From Trichoplax adhaerens (taxonomy: Eukaryota; Animalia; Placozoa): a DNA stretch of 64,000 nt. Made by a program: the position numbers and the translations under genes. Each line of letters opens with the position of its first letter. The stretch's first letter is position 1. The notes beneath the pieces are model-generated. The model ran no database searches. It worked only from the letters and a program-made list of their open reading frames with translations, and was not told the DNA's origin. The stretch is from NCBI RefSeq assembly GCF_000150275.1, contig NW_002060948.1:1325983-1389982 (forward strand), read 5' to 3'. Shown here piece by piece: positions 12,001 through 25,600 of the stretch.

Positions 12001-14879
12001 ATCAAGAACTGTGTAGAAACGATGGAAACAATGCAAATGGAGAAGAAAGAGGTAATGCATTATCAAATCTTGCTGCATATAGCGAAATAATAAAAGATAA
12101 TTACTCAGTTTATATCGCTTGAGTGCTATAATGTACCAAATAAATCTTTATGATTTGTTTTTGTATATATAAATCATCTTGTACTTAGCTGACAGACTTT
12201 ATATAAGATAAATTTTTATTAAATTAGAAGATTAATAACAAGTTGAAATACTTAAAGCTACGTTGTTAAAATTTTTGAATATTTGATCTCACCATTTTAT
12301 CTCAATTTCCATTATGATATCTCGTATTATACTATAATCCTCTAAATGTAGTAAATGTACTAACCCTAACCAAAGCATTAATTATAAATCCTTGATATAC
12401 TTCATTAGACCGAATTTGAAGTTATGCATGCAAAAGAAGAAATTGCAAGGCAACAGGAAAAGTATAGCCGTTTGTTAGAGACAATATCGGAAAGATGTAT
12501 GAAAGAACGTCAAAACGCAAATGCAGACTGTCAAGTTGAAATACAAGGACTACAACAGCAGGTATCAATATTAAAACTTACATAGCATGATCGTGTAGCA
12601 AATTAGAGTAACGATACCTTTTTAATGCCATAATAATATTTTAGAGCATATAATATATATACTACATAGTCCCATATAGAAATAGCTTTTAAATATCAGT
12701 TCTATGTTTGATAGATTAAAAGTATGGAAGATATTGAAATCACGTTACGAAATCAAATAGATCGACAAACAAGAGAGAAGGTTCGATCAGATTTAAATAC
12801 TTAAAATGTAAATACTGTATCTTATATCTAAACTTATTTTACCTGTAAAATTTCAATCATCAAATAGACCCAACTGTTAATAGATTTAGAACAAGTGCGA
12901 AGCCAGTTAATGGCAAAAGATGTTGATTCCAATCAGCTCTTAGATAAAGTAAACTCCGAGGTATCACTTGCCAATATAGAGCGCAACAATGCCCTCGATG
13001 AAGCCGCATCGTTAAGACTAAAATTAACCCAAGAGCGCAAAGAAAGAGAAAGAAACGATATGAAACTAAAATCAGAAACTGAAGGTTTACAGCGTCGTTT
13101 AAGGACAATTGAAACTGAGCTAATGGCAAGTAAAGATAATTCACTACAACTAACCCAGCAAATAACTAAACTTGAACAACAGGTAAAACTAATATACTAT
13201 CATGATTATCGCCACTTCTACAATGACGTTAATCATTTTTTTTTATCATCATTACCATCAATATCTCCATCATGTTTGTTAATATCGCCATCATTTCTTA
13301 TGATCTTGTTATTTACAGTATAGCTTAATCATAATCAGTATCACTATCGTCATCAATGTCTTTGTCATTATAAGCTAAAACTGTATGAAAGTAGAGTGTT
13401 TATTCGGTTAGCTGTCTGACCGTGGTCTATCTTCCTTCGTTAATAATCGCGTGCATACTACATACGGTTAGAATATGTGCAATTCAATAGCATTAGATAC
13501 AGATTATTTTAATTTTACCCACAAAGCACAATAAGATACACGTGTAATACTTTAAATATGAATCATCTTTTGAATTGGCTTTACTTTACAATGTAAAAAA
13601 ATTCAATTATAGGCGTAGCTTATATCTATCATGCTATATAGACATTGTTGAGTTATTAACTTATAGCACCGGTATTTTTACTTATATTATAGTATCACAG
13701 TAACTTTTTCATTTAATATACGGTATAGTCTATTCAAATTTCCACCGATAAAGATTCACGAGAACGAGGTTATGTTGAAGAAATCAATAAACTGCAGTCG
13801 TGGTTGAGGAAGCAAGAAGCAGATTACATGACTGCAGCAAGAAAAACTGAGATAGAATATCAACAGTCTAAGCAAGAATTGCAAAATATTCTAGATGGAC
13901 AAATTCATGTCTGCAATCAGTGGAAAGATTCATCAAATCAGCTAGCAGAACAGTTGCAGGAAATCACGGATAAATACGGGTATGATTGGTAAAATTTCTA
14001 CCTTATTTGTTTATGCATTTGTGGCAAAATAATGCTATGGCATTCGAATTCTAGCAAAAAACTGGAAGTAAATATTTTCTAATCAATACAGGATATGTTA
14101 TACATTGTATTGCATGGTTAACTTACTGTATTTTATAGTTACGCATTTCATAGCTAAGTCTGCACATACTATTTGAATTCTTAATTAATATAGACACATG
14201 AAAAATCAAAGTCAAACTCTTGAACGTGAATTACAAGAAAAATTACATTATGCAAATAAGACTATTCAAGACTTGGGAGATTATTCTAATCAGCAGGATA
14301 AATTAATAAGTTCACTAAGGGAAAGACTTGAAGAGGAAGAAAACAGTAATCAAAAGTCAGCAAATCAGGTAGACAATTAGCTAATGTTTAGTGTCTTACT
14401 ACTATCTATGACTATCATATAAAGCTATTTTGCCGTTTGTTAAATAATAAAATACAGATGTAGCTAGTTTAGTGATAAACAGATTGCCCTCTGTTAACGA
14501 ATGAATAAGTCTGTTCATAATTTTGTATACTCTACTTTATGTAACTATACAATATACGATTATATGATCGCAAGTAGTAGATCGAAGGAATAAATTAACG
14601 CGTAGTATTATTAAAAAGTTTAATTAAGTCGATGTTGGATCATCCGAAAACATTAGCAGACGCCATTTACTGTACAACGTGCTTTTATCAATTATTGTTA
14701 TTATTTTCTTTCAATTCTAGAACTTCGAACTACTAACCAAACAAAGTAGTTTATTACGGGATAGGCAATTACTAACGGAAGAAATAGAATATTTAAAATT
14801 ACAATTAGCTGCAATACCCGCCGCTATCCCTAAATGGGAAACTACAAATAACGCTAGTATGATATCAGGAAAGGAGTAA
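9096..14879 (+). CDS. SDCCAG8: SDCCAG8/CCCAP-like centrosomal/ciliary coiled-coil protein (multi-exon)
   Basis: ATG at 9096. The C-terminal two-thirds align by eye to human SDCCAG8: VDRLTSERDEALQ vs IERLVKERDDLMS, LEQVRSQLMAKDVD vs LEEIQSQLASREMD, LLTKQSSLLRDRQLLTEEIEYLKLQL vs LLSKQNQLLLERQSLSEEVDRLRTQL. Last exon 14721-14879. The N-terminus is divergent. Confidence 0.8.
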
Positions 14880-14908
14880 AAAACCGTAGCTTATTACTTT
14901 CATAATTA

Positions 14909-15031
14909 TACACTGTACCCCGAATTGAGAAAAATTTTCATATTTTCTGTCGTTTCTGAGCTAATTCTATACAAATTTGTAAAGAAATAGCTGATAAAGT
15001 ATAGTAAATATTTGTTCCGTGGTACAGTGTA
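14909..15031. mobile_element. Putative Tc1/mariner-type MITE (~120 bp) with TA target-site duplication
   Basis: TA|CACTGTACCCCGAA at 14909-14924 and TTCCGTGGTACAGTG|TA at 15015-15031 form terminal inverted repeats. Internal imperfect palindrome AGCTAATTCTATACAAA/TTTGTAAAGAAATAGCT. Confidence 0.6.
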
Positions 15032-15680
15032 ATGATTAATTATAGGTAAAGAATTAACTTATCCTAAAGTTACTATATCATTGATCATACTCATGGAACT
15101 TTGACATGTTATCATTTAGTCAATATAACAATACCAATTGATAAATGAAATGAAGAGTAAAGATTGTCCATGTGTAATAAGATTCTATATTTATTGATCT
15201 TAATCTATGTAATGTTTAGTTTTTTATTATAATAATATTCAAGGCTCGGACGAACCCGAGTTAACATGGCAGTAAAATAGAAGACGGTTAATTTTAAACA
15301 AGCATCCTAATATTGTAAATAAAGATGATTTATGGTTAGACCTGAAAGCGTTTGCAATATCTAAAATGTATGTATCCTAGTGTATTTTGTTGCCGTTGCA
15401 CTGCAGGATGCAGTAGGAGTATTTTTTATTACTTATTGTACTGTATAAATGCTTTTATACTTTCTGGAGCGCATCATTGACGTTGTCAAGAATTCATTGA
15501 ATTATTATTGTTTACGACTGTTGTACTTGTATAACATAGACTTTGTCTTGTTTATTATTAAAATGAGAAAGACTAATTTATTAGCAGGTTAAATTCCATT
15601 TCTGTGCTATCCAATTTATTAGTGTCTAATATATATTATCTGCAGCGATGGGTTTATATTAAGAATGTTCATTCTTAGTC

Positions 15681-16190
15681 AAGGATAGGACTATAGATTA
15701 GACCCATCATTCCTGCTGTGACATTGATTGGAAAGTTAGTGATAGGTCTTGGCATAAATCTATATATTACATACCCAATTAATGTATTATTTTAATAAGT
15801 TAGGTAGTATTTGCAATAACTCTGTAAATTCTAGAAATAGCTTGTATAGTCTAGTGTAGTGTGATCTTCCAATATTTGCCCCTGCAGCTTATAATACTGC
15901 ATATAAGCTACTCTAACTTACAGTAAGTGTTTGCTATAGTAATTAGATCTGTCAAAGGTTATGATCGATTCTGTGATAAAGGATAGGACTGTAGACTAGA
16001 CCTATCCTTCCTCCTGTGACATTAATAGCAAAGGCTAGTGATAGGCCTTGGCATAAATCTTTCATTAATAATTAATAAATATATTATTTTAAAAAGTTAG
16101 GCAGTACTTGCAACAACCTATATACAGTAGACCGCACATAAATTACTACAACTGACCGTGTTACAATAGTAATTAGAGATGTCAAAGGTT
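15681..16190. repeat. Diverged tandem duplication (~300 bp period, 2 copies) upstream of POLA2
   Basis: AAGGATAGGACT.TAGA.TAGACC.ATC.TTCCT starts at 15681 and ~15979. Both copies end in AATTAGA..TGTCAAAGGTT (15960, 16190). Confidence 0.85.
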
Positions 16191-16630
16191 CAGTTTAAAC
16201 CGATCCATAGTGATTAATTCTATGGAAGAGGGCGAATTGAACGATATAAGACCAGATGTAAAAGTAGTGGTACTAAAATAATATTGCAGATATTCGCCAT
16301 TCTGCCTAGTTAATCCTGTATGGGTTTAATGTGTAACTTGACTGACAAGGTCTGCTGTTCAAGTCACTAAATTGCTTTAGTATAAGAGCGATTCATCCCA
16401 TTCCATTCATTTCGTTACGATTAAAAAATTGCGATTTTAATCGCTATCATGCAGATATTCAAGATAAAAGTTATATCATTCGAAGCAGTATTTCCCACTG
16501 TATTTGATAGTATTAATAAAAGTAATCATTTCGTAACGATTTATGCATTATTTCGGCCATTTGTCCAACAGCGCTGTGGCACCACCGGAGTAGCCGGTGA
16601 AACAAGGACGTCCATCACAAGACGAGATTT

Positions 16631-16658
16631 GATTGGCTGAAGCAAATTATGGCGGGAA
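16631..16658 (+). promoter_or_regulatory. POLA2 promoter: inverted CCAAT box (GATTGG) and E2F site (GGCGGGAA)
   Basis: GATTGGCTGA at 16631-16640 and ATGGCGGGAA at 16649-16658, about 130-155 bp upstream of the ATG in a locally GC-rich patch. Confidence 0.65.
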
Positions 16659-16785
16659 CCTCCACTTTAAAGGAGGAGTAGACAGTACCCATCCCGAGCA
16701 TAATGTACTAATAATTACTATAGCGCTCTGGCCTGTGTACCGTATAGTACCGTCTAGTTCATTCTCAGATACCGCAGCGAGCAAG

Positions 16786-19700
16786 ATGGTTCCACCGGCT
16801 GACCAAACGATGGCCAAGGAAACTGTGCTAGCAACCAAATTAGTTGCTGAATTTGAGAGCTTTGGCGTTATTATAGACGATCTAGGAATCATTGATAATT
16901 GTAAGATATATTATTGCTGTAGCTGTCTTAATTAGCTGTACTTATTGTCATTTAATTTGATAAATAAAATATAACTAAGAGCCATCTTGATCGTGGAGTA
17001 GGCTAAGGGCAAAAACTTGTACATGTACTTTCATAAAATAAAATCATCTATGCGGAAATAGTACAGTAAAGAAGATAGAAAGCTCTTTTTCTACTATCGA
17101 GATAAAGATATTGTACGGAAAATAAAGAAGAAGTGTTATACGGTATTCTTAGTGTCGTAGATTTCAATAGGAATGGATAGATCACAAAATAAACTATACT
17201 AGTTAGGCTATGACCTCGAACAATTCGAGTATGGATGTACTTCCATTTTAAGCGTACATACCTAAAATCCCAGATCTCCTATATTATGAAGATGATAACA
17301 CCTTAATAAGATATATGTCTCTCCTGTAATTGACCTTGCAAACTGTAAGAGTGCATTCAAAAATCAGTTCTACTACCTCATGATGCTCTTATGTTTAAGA
17401 TTGGTTGATATCAACTTCATAGGTATGCTGCATATACCACTCCGTACGTTTAGGGTAATTTGCCTTACCAAGTAGCTTACATCTCTTGTGTGATGGGGAT
17501 AATAATATGTTAAAAGATAGGTTAACTTTTGCAATTTACCTTACAAACTGTAGTACTGTATTCAAAATCAGTTTCCGCTGCGCCTCGAGTCTCTACGTTT
17601 AAGATTTATCGATATCAACTTCAAACTTTCCGAATATCAATAGCGATATGGACGTACAGTGTGGGACACATGAAGGCTTATTTACTTTTTTAAGTAACTA
17701 ATATCTATTTCTGATACGATATTACATAAAGCTATATAATAACATCATCTATCGTTAAAATTGCGCACTAGTTTCATTCAATGATCAAGTAATTAATATC
17801 CAACGATAAGAGACAATACAATTTAATAGTAAGCATATAGTATACCAAGTACTTTTACGAGACCACCCAGGCATCAAGTTTTGATGCATGCTCCACACTG
17901 CCTTACTTGTTAAATCTTTCAACGCTATCTTTCATCAGTGCGAGCCATGTGCAAATTATATAGTTTGGACGAATCTACTATGGTTGACGAGTGGATGGCA
18001 TTTGCATGTTCATCAGGAAATGATATTGAAATTACTCACTCAGCTTTGGAATCCTTCGAGAAGGAGGTAATATCTGCTTGTTATTTATAATGTTCATATT
18101 GACAGATTTTTAAAAGTTACTTCTTAAAATTATTTTATATTCCCAATAAAATTCTATCTTTCCTTTCTACTATTTCGGAAATAGTTACAAGAGAAAAATT
18201 CTAAAACTAAACAGACACTGATACGCAGAACTGCTGATGATGATACCGTCTATAATAAGGACTGCATTGATCAACTGTAAATATCACAGTGTTATATATA
18301 TATACGTATGTCATTATTTGCAGCTTTCAGCTTATAGATTAAGCATTCTTGCATCTAGACTCGATCGGGAAGAACATAGCTTAATTGATGCTTATTGCAC
18401 ACCAGAAATGAAAGCGGTGAGTTTACAATCGTCTCGATCCTTACCTTTTTGTGGAGAATTTTTGAATGAAATGCTTGTCCTGTAATAAAATTGAAACTTC
18501 TTGACGTTATCTCCTGTGATATTAATCCTATAGAGTAAGCGATTACTAAAAACTCCAGAAAGTGATAGTAGAAAGCTAATAAAAACCCCTTACAAAAGAA
18601 CTCCAGCAAGTCAAATCTTTTCGCCTAATAGTTATTCTCCAAATATGTAAGTTATATCGCAGAAATAAATACCTTAGAATACATAAAAAGTGCAGTATTA
18701 CAAAATAGATGACTTATAGCATTGATACAATCATTTCTTTTAATCGCGTATCTTTCTTAGGTATTCATCGCGTGGCAATGCTGGTGAGATTTTAGCAACA
18801 TTAAACATGTGCGGAATTAATGATGAAACTATCAACTGGAAAGGACATGGGATAAAGACTAATGTAACTGCTGCAGATCCAGATCAATGTTTAGATGAAG
18901 GCTACAGATACATGTTTCAAAAAATATCAGAACGTATTGAAGGTAGATAATATTCCGTTCTTCAAAAAAGAGATAACGATGCAGTATTATAACAAACCGT
19001 AATCAAAATACTCTCCTTACTTCGTTTTGTAATTACCTGTAAATTATTGATAGAACCACTTTTAATTTAAAAAAGGTTAACGCAAAGTAATCCTCATTTT
19101 TATGAAATCTAAGAAGATCAAATACAGATTAAAATTCTGTAGTCACTGAAATATTGACATGAGACGCATTTAAATTATCGAATTTTGTTTTATATTTTTT
19201 TTACCGATAAATATTTCCCTTTGTCAAAAGAAATTATTATATCTGACTTATTAACGTAACAAGCTACAGAGACATGCTATTGTAAACAACTGATTTAATT
19301 ATGCCATGTGTAATTTTATCGCAACCCTTAGTTACTCACTGAATGATAGTACTATGTGCTTGCATGTAAATAGATGACTTAATATCCGTAAAATTGCCTT
19401 GACTGTTCTGCATCCTCATACTTTAATACGGTATTACTTCCTAATAGCATTACGCCATCAAGTAAGTCTTGTCGCAGAGCCTCTCCAGGAACAGCACGGA
19501 ATTCAAGAATTAGGTTATGTCGACGTGCCTTCTCAGGTTAATGAAACTCGGATAAGATAAATAACCTGCTGTTGTATGTTCATTAATAAACCTTTAAAAT
19601 TTTACTGGTACTAATTGACTGTTGGAATGTCGTTTGGTGTCAGGTAGTCTATATTTTCTAACTTAAGTTTTTGTTAGGATGGAACAACGGTAATTGGCCG

Positions 19701-21855
19701 CATTGGTTGTGATAGCAATGGGCGTTTAAATGCCGCATCTTTAGTTATTGCTGGCTATAACCCTAATCGAGTTTGTAGATCTGCGACTCCACTAAATGTA
19801 AAGGAGCTATCTCATTTTTCCTTTTTTCCTGGTCAAGTAATGAGCGCACAATAATACTTTAATATTATTTAAATAAAATGCAGAATTGAGACTGCTAGCA
19901 TTTTTTGCGTGCTATTATCTTATATGTTCCTTATTATGCCGATATCAAGGTTGTTGTCTTAGATGGTAAAAATCCAAGTGGCAATGCTTTTATCGCTAGC
20001 AAACTGTATCAGGTATGGCATATTGCAAGCTATTTGATGATTGTATACGAGAATTTCTGAAATATCTTCAACGCGATCATTCTAGGGTATTGCTCTTCCA
20101 TTTAACAAGATACCGTTGGAAAAAGCAAAGAGTTATTACCCTAGTGATGGTATTGCACAATTATGGTCTAACAATTTCTTAACTCATGTTCTTGCGAATA
20201 AAACTGATAAGAAATTTTTCGCCATATAGACTCTCCCATGAATATTTTAGTTGCATGTGGACCATTCACTACAGCCGATAACCTACTCTACGAACCGCTG
20301 TCTGATTTATTGAAAGTCATTTTAAACCAGCAGCCCGATATTGCAATTTTGGTATTACCCTAATATAATTTAGATTTACAGATATCATATAACTAGTCAT
20401 GTATATATTATTTAAACCGCTTTAATATATTCTAATTGCATATCTGTTATATCGATAGTGCGGTCCCTTTGTTGATGCTAAGCAGGAGTTAATTAAGGTC
20501 TGTAATTTTAAAGAGATAAATAGTTATTTTTATAATGATAAGTATTGGTCATTTAAATAAATAATTTCGTGAATTATCAACTTTTAGCAAGGAGAAATCA
20601 ATATTAGCTATGAAGACTTATTTATAAAACGGCTGAGCGAAATCATTGAAAACGTTGGAAGGTTGTAACGAAATTCCTCACTTGATGTTGCATGGATACT
20701 AATTAGACCAGCTAATAATTGATTATAATCGTATGATTGTTTTTCTTAAAATTATAGAATCTCTACATCTGTAGTGTTTGTCCCTTCGACGAGGGATGTT
20801 CATCATGACTTTATCTACCCGCAACCACCTTTTACGCTGCCATCTAGCCTAAAGACTGCACCGGTATGCTGTGCTGTATAATATTGTTCTTACAGGCTTG
20901 CCTATAATTATAATTAATCAGCCCCTGCGAAGCGTAAGACATTTATTAAAATTATAGACTTTGTGTTTGTTCCGCAGGAAATTCATTTTGTGTCTGATCC
21001 TTGTACACTAATCGTTAATGATGTTACAATCGGACTCACTTCGACAGACATACTCTTTCATATGGGAGCGGAAGAGACTGCTAGGTGCACAAATAGTAGC
21101 GATTACGTTAGCTGTATGAAACACTCTAATTTTTCACTATTTGAATATGTGTGTTTGATATAAATTATATTTTGATCCTAGTCCACCGGGAATGTCTGAT
21201 AGAATTGGAAGGTTACTGAAGCATTTAATCCATCAAAGAAAGTAAGCTATTGAAATTCTACTCGATGAGATTTGAAATCAATTGCATCCATTAACACAAA
21301 GCTGTTTCTCTACATCTATGGTTGATATGTAAAAAGCTACTATCCGCTGTATCCCCCCTCAGAAGAGGTCAATTTCGATCGCGAAAATTTTGTTAACTTT
21401 GGCTTTATGCCTGTGACTCCAGATATTTTAATTGTTCCTTCGGATCTTCGTTATTTCGTGAAGGTATTCGTACTTAGAAGTTGTAGATTTACGCTATACT
21501 CAGTAAGATATTTACATCTTTATGACTGAGAATTCCAATGAATTGTAGGATCACGAGAGTACTTCCTTTAGACTATAATTTACGCTGCTTCAGCTAAACT
21601 ATTTATAACGATACATCATGCCTACTTAGCATTTGGTAACTTTACTTGCCACTACGAATATTGTATGACTAGAGATTAGTTAATGTAGACGTTTTTTATT
21701 ATCGTCAGGACGTGGAGAAATGTTGTTGTGTCAATCCTGGTCGCTTAGCTAAAGGTCAAGTTGGCGGTTCATATGCACGTATCGCAGTCCTGCCACCCAA
21801 AGTAGCAAATCAGCCGGTCATTGATCGTATAGTCTCTCAGGTGGTTCGCATTTGA
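16786..21855 (+). CDS. POLA2: DNA polymerase alpha subunit B (multi-exon; start ATG 16786 or 16810)
   Basis: LVAEFESFG, MVDEWMAF, YRYMFQK, IGRIGCDSNGRLN, FSFFPGQVVV, ACGPFTT, CGPFVDAK, FVPSTRDVHHDFIYPQPPF, YYPLYPP, PDILIVPSDLRYFVK, VNPGRLAKGQVGGSYA. Stop TGA 21853-21855. Confidence 0.97.
17330..17625. repeat. Diverged ~90 bp direct repeat pair in POLA2 intron 1
   Basis: CAAACTGTA...TTCAAAA(A)TCAGTT...GTTTAAGATT...GATATCAACTTCA occurs at ~17339-17419 and ~17545-17623. Confidence 0.65.
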
Positions 21856-22681
21856 ATTACATCTGCAGATTAGGCTTTATGTATATCTGTAGCCCACATT
21901 CAGAGTATTTCTTTTATATCAAGCTAATGTCCTGAATGACATCGTTTTACGTATCATGCGTTTGAAATTTGATTATTTCCGATGTTGACAACCTTTTTTC
22001 GATAATATACAAATTACGGTATATGATAGATGCATGATGAGGTTTTTTGAGTAGCAATGTGTGAAACTGATAATTTCTGGCAACTGCCTGTGCTGTAATT
22101 GAATTTGATATGATAAATGTAAAAATTATCATTTATCTGCTGATTTCTATCACAACATCATGTATGATAATGTCTATATAAGAGTAAATACTAGTTCAGA
22201 TATTAGTTGAAGTTATAATTAGCGTAGATTGACCTTGGCAACTTTTTATATATATTGAACGTAGAATTTGTAGTAATATCATTTTTTATTGGTAACCTGC
22301 ATTAATGACTGAAAAATAATAACATATCGTATTAATAAATTCAACGAATTTAACTAAAATATTTAAGCATCTTGGTCGCTAATTTTAATTTACATTTATA
22401 GTTTGCATGTTATACTTAAAACTGGTACAATTACAATCGATCATGGAATCGTTATTTTGCTATACTGGATTAATCTCAGAAGATGACCAGCTACAAATCC
22501 CTCTTATAATTAGCGACGCAACCTATATATCTATACTTAAGTACGGGATAGTAATGACTGTGTACACAGCCACAGCAAATTAGGCTTAAAGTCCTATTAA
22601 ATAGAGTGGAATCGCATTTCATCAAAGACAGGTTATATCTGTCTGTATGGATCCGTAATCTTAGCGAAAAGACCAATCCGT

Positions 22682-25600
22682 TTAATCTTCCTTATAACGG
22701 TTATCACTATCAACTTTGGCCTATTGATATGTTGATATCGATATAAGTGAACGAATTAGGAAATAAACAAAGTTGTCTTATTTTACTTGATAATTTATAA
22801 TTATATGACCTAAAGGATTGAAAAAAAATTGATGAGTTCGTTTTCATCCGTCTTACCTGAAGTTTAGAATGTTCGCTCAACAGTCGATCATATTCACGAT
22901 TAGTGCCTTCAGCTTGCTGCTTTAATGCTGCTAAATCTACCTTATTTTTCTCTAATTCTAACAATAACAATCAGGCAATAATACTTTACTTAGTCTACGT
23001 AGATAGACATTTTTAATTATTTATCATTGCATATCATTTGGTGCACTAATTCAATTTTACATTTCACAGTTTTATGTATCATTTACCCTGGCGTGTTTCT
23101 TCCAATTCATCTTGTAACGCCTTGAATTTTGATTCGGATACCTCTGAATTTGAAGAGGCGTCGGAAGATCCAAGTTTTTCCTATTGTAGTGTTATAGTTA
23201 TAATTGTAATCACTATTAGCAATCAAGTGTTATCAATAGCACGGTTCATTCTACTGCTAAGAAAAGGGAGAGGTGCTTAGCAGGAAAATATACATCCAGT
23301 TGAGTAAATTACCGTTAATTCCTTGTTTTCATCTAGCAACATCCTACATTGTTTAGAAGCACTTTCCGCTTGCTTGATAGCCGCCTCCTTTGATGCTTCA
23401 ACAACCGCAGCGGAAGACATTAGGCTGGTTATACGCCGTAAGAATCTACATTTTTTTAGAATCGGTCAGTTTCAAAATGGCAAATCCAATAAGAGAACAA
23501 TTTTATATGAGGTATGTGATATCGGACTCCAATATATTAAGACGTCATAATCACGTACAATGCATGTTTTTATCAAATAAATGTCTAGTGCGAATATGCA
23601 ATCGATTCCTTCTTTCGAAAGGATAGCGAATGATAAAAATTAATTAAAACTGTAATCAATTTGTTAAGTTATCATTAAAAATGAATCTGGAATTGTAGCT
23701 CGGTTACATACAAGAGGCAAAGTAAAGCAAATCCAGTGATGTAATAATTCCGTTGAGCTCGATGTAGTTTAATCTGTAGCATCAAATTGTCGTGAATTTT
23801 GTCCGAGCCTTGACCTCTTATTTTAGGATCCTTCATCATTTCTCTGATAGAGTCTGTTGACGAAAAAGAGATTGATAAATACCAGCATCATACGTATATG
23901 TCAGCGGATACAAAAAGTTATATTGCAAGTTAGATTAAAATAGAAAGTTATCTAAATCGCAAAGAGAATACAGCGGTTTGTCGATATTACGCTAGTAGAG
24001 CTGTATGCTAATACTCGTACATAAAATAACAACGTATCGTGCCGTTGGTAAATATTCTATCACAAGTCTTAGTAAAGATAAACATTGAACAACCTTTATG
24101 CACAACTTACAGAATGCGACATTAATCGATTACTTATGCCTAAAGGTAAAAAAGTGTCAATGATTTATGCAGTCTGATACGGTGGAACCTACCTAATAAC
24201 AAGATGATTAGAAACGCAACACATATGACGAAGAGCTGGTTGCCATAACTTCTGATATAAGTAATTATTCTCGATCGTAAAATCTTGTGCCAACTAAATG
24301 AAGAAATACGCATAAAAGAGAGATTAGAATAATGATTGCAAGCACAGAGGCGTATTATTATACCTCTATGATTGATTGGAACATTGTCCTTCTATTGTAG
24401 CAATTAAATTCAAACAGAATCATCACTCTTTTTATCGAATAAATTATTGTACTGTGTCATTGAATAGTCAAGACGAGATGTTATGGATTCATGATTGTGA
24501 GTAAAGAAGGAGTTTCTATGCCTCTATCATTGAAATAAGATCATTCTATTCCATTGGTGTACCGTATACATATATCTTATTTCAATCATATTATCATTCT
24601 TTATCGAATAATCAATTGATTGTACTGGGCAATATGCAGTCTAATGAAGACAAGATTCGGTTCACGATTGTAACTATAAAGGCGTTTGGTGATTGAACTA
24701 TAGTAGGAGAATCGTATAATTATTCTACTCCATTACTGTACAAAACATCATGTATTGAATGATCCAGTCTAATCGACAATTTTATCCATCTTGTATACAG
24801 TTTATTATGCCTCTGCCATTAAAATATGGTGATTCTACTCCATTCCTGTCGATAACTAATTTCAACAGTAGGATCACACTCTTCATCGCATAATGTATTG
24901 CAGTCTTGGACATTTCCATCCACAAAAATGTATACGGAGAACAATTTTGGATGTTTTTGTCACGATCATTAAAATAGGATAACTCCATTACTGTAGTGTC
25001 GATATTGGATTTCAACTGGAAGGTCACTCTATATCGTATAATCTATTGCAGTTATGGGCATTTCCATCCATAATGTAGAGTAAACGGAGGAGAATTTTAG
25101 ATGCTTTTGTCACGATCATTAAAATAGGATGACACTATTACTGCACTGTCGATATTTGATTTCAACTGGAAGGTCACTGTTTATTGCATAATCTATTGTA
25201 GTTATGGACATTTCCATCTATCTGGCAGAGGATAAGTTTTGATGTCTGTATACTGTCATTAAAATAGGATGACTCCATAACCGTACTGTCGATATCTGAT
25301 TTTAAACTCGTTCTTCATTCAATAATTAATCTACTGCACACTATGTCCAGTCTGATCGACAATTTCATCCATCTTGTCTACGGAGGATAATTTTGGACGC
25401 CTCCGCCACTGTTATTAAAATAGGATGACTCCATGACTATAATGTCGATATCTGATTTCAAGTGTAGGGTCACTGTTGATCGAATAAGCTATTGGCCAGT
25501 ATGTCCAGTTTGATCGATCATTCCATCCATCTTGTCGACGGAGGAGAATTTGTGAGACCTGTGGCAGTGTCGGTAAAATAGGATTTGACCTCCATGACTG

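Noticed and set aside
22279-22296. Possible alternative BCAP31 last exon VTNKK*
   Set aside because: Only five codons and lysines are not at -3/-4; the 22682-22720 exon matches homologs better.
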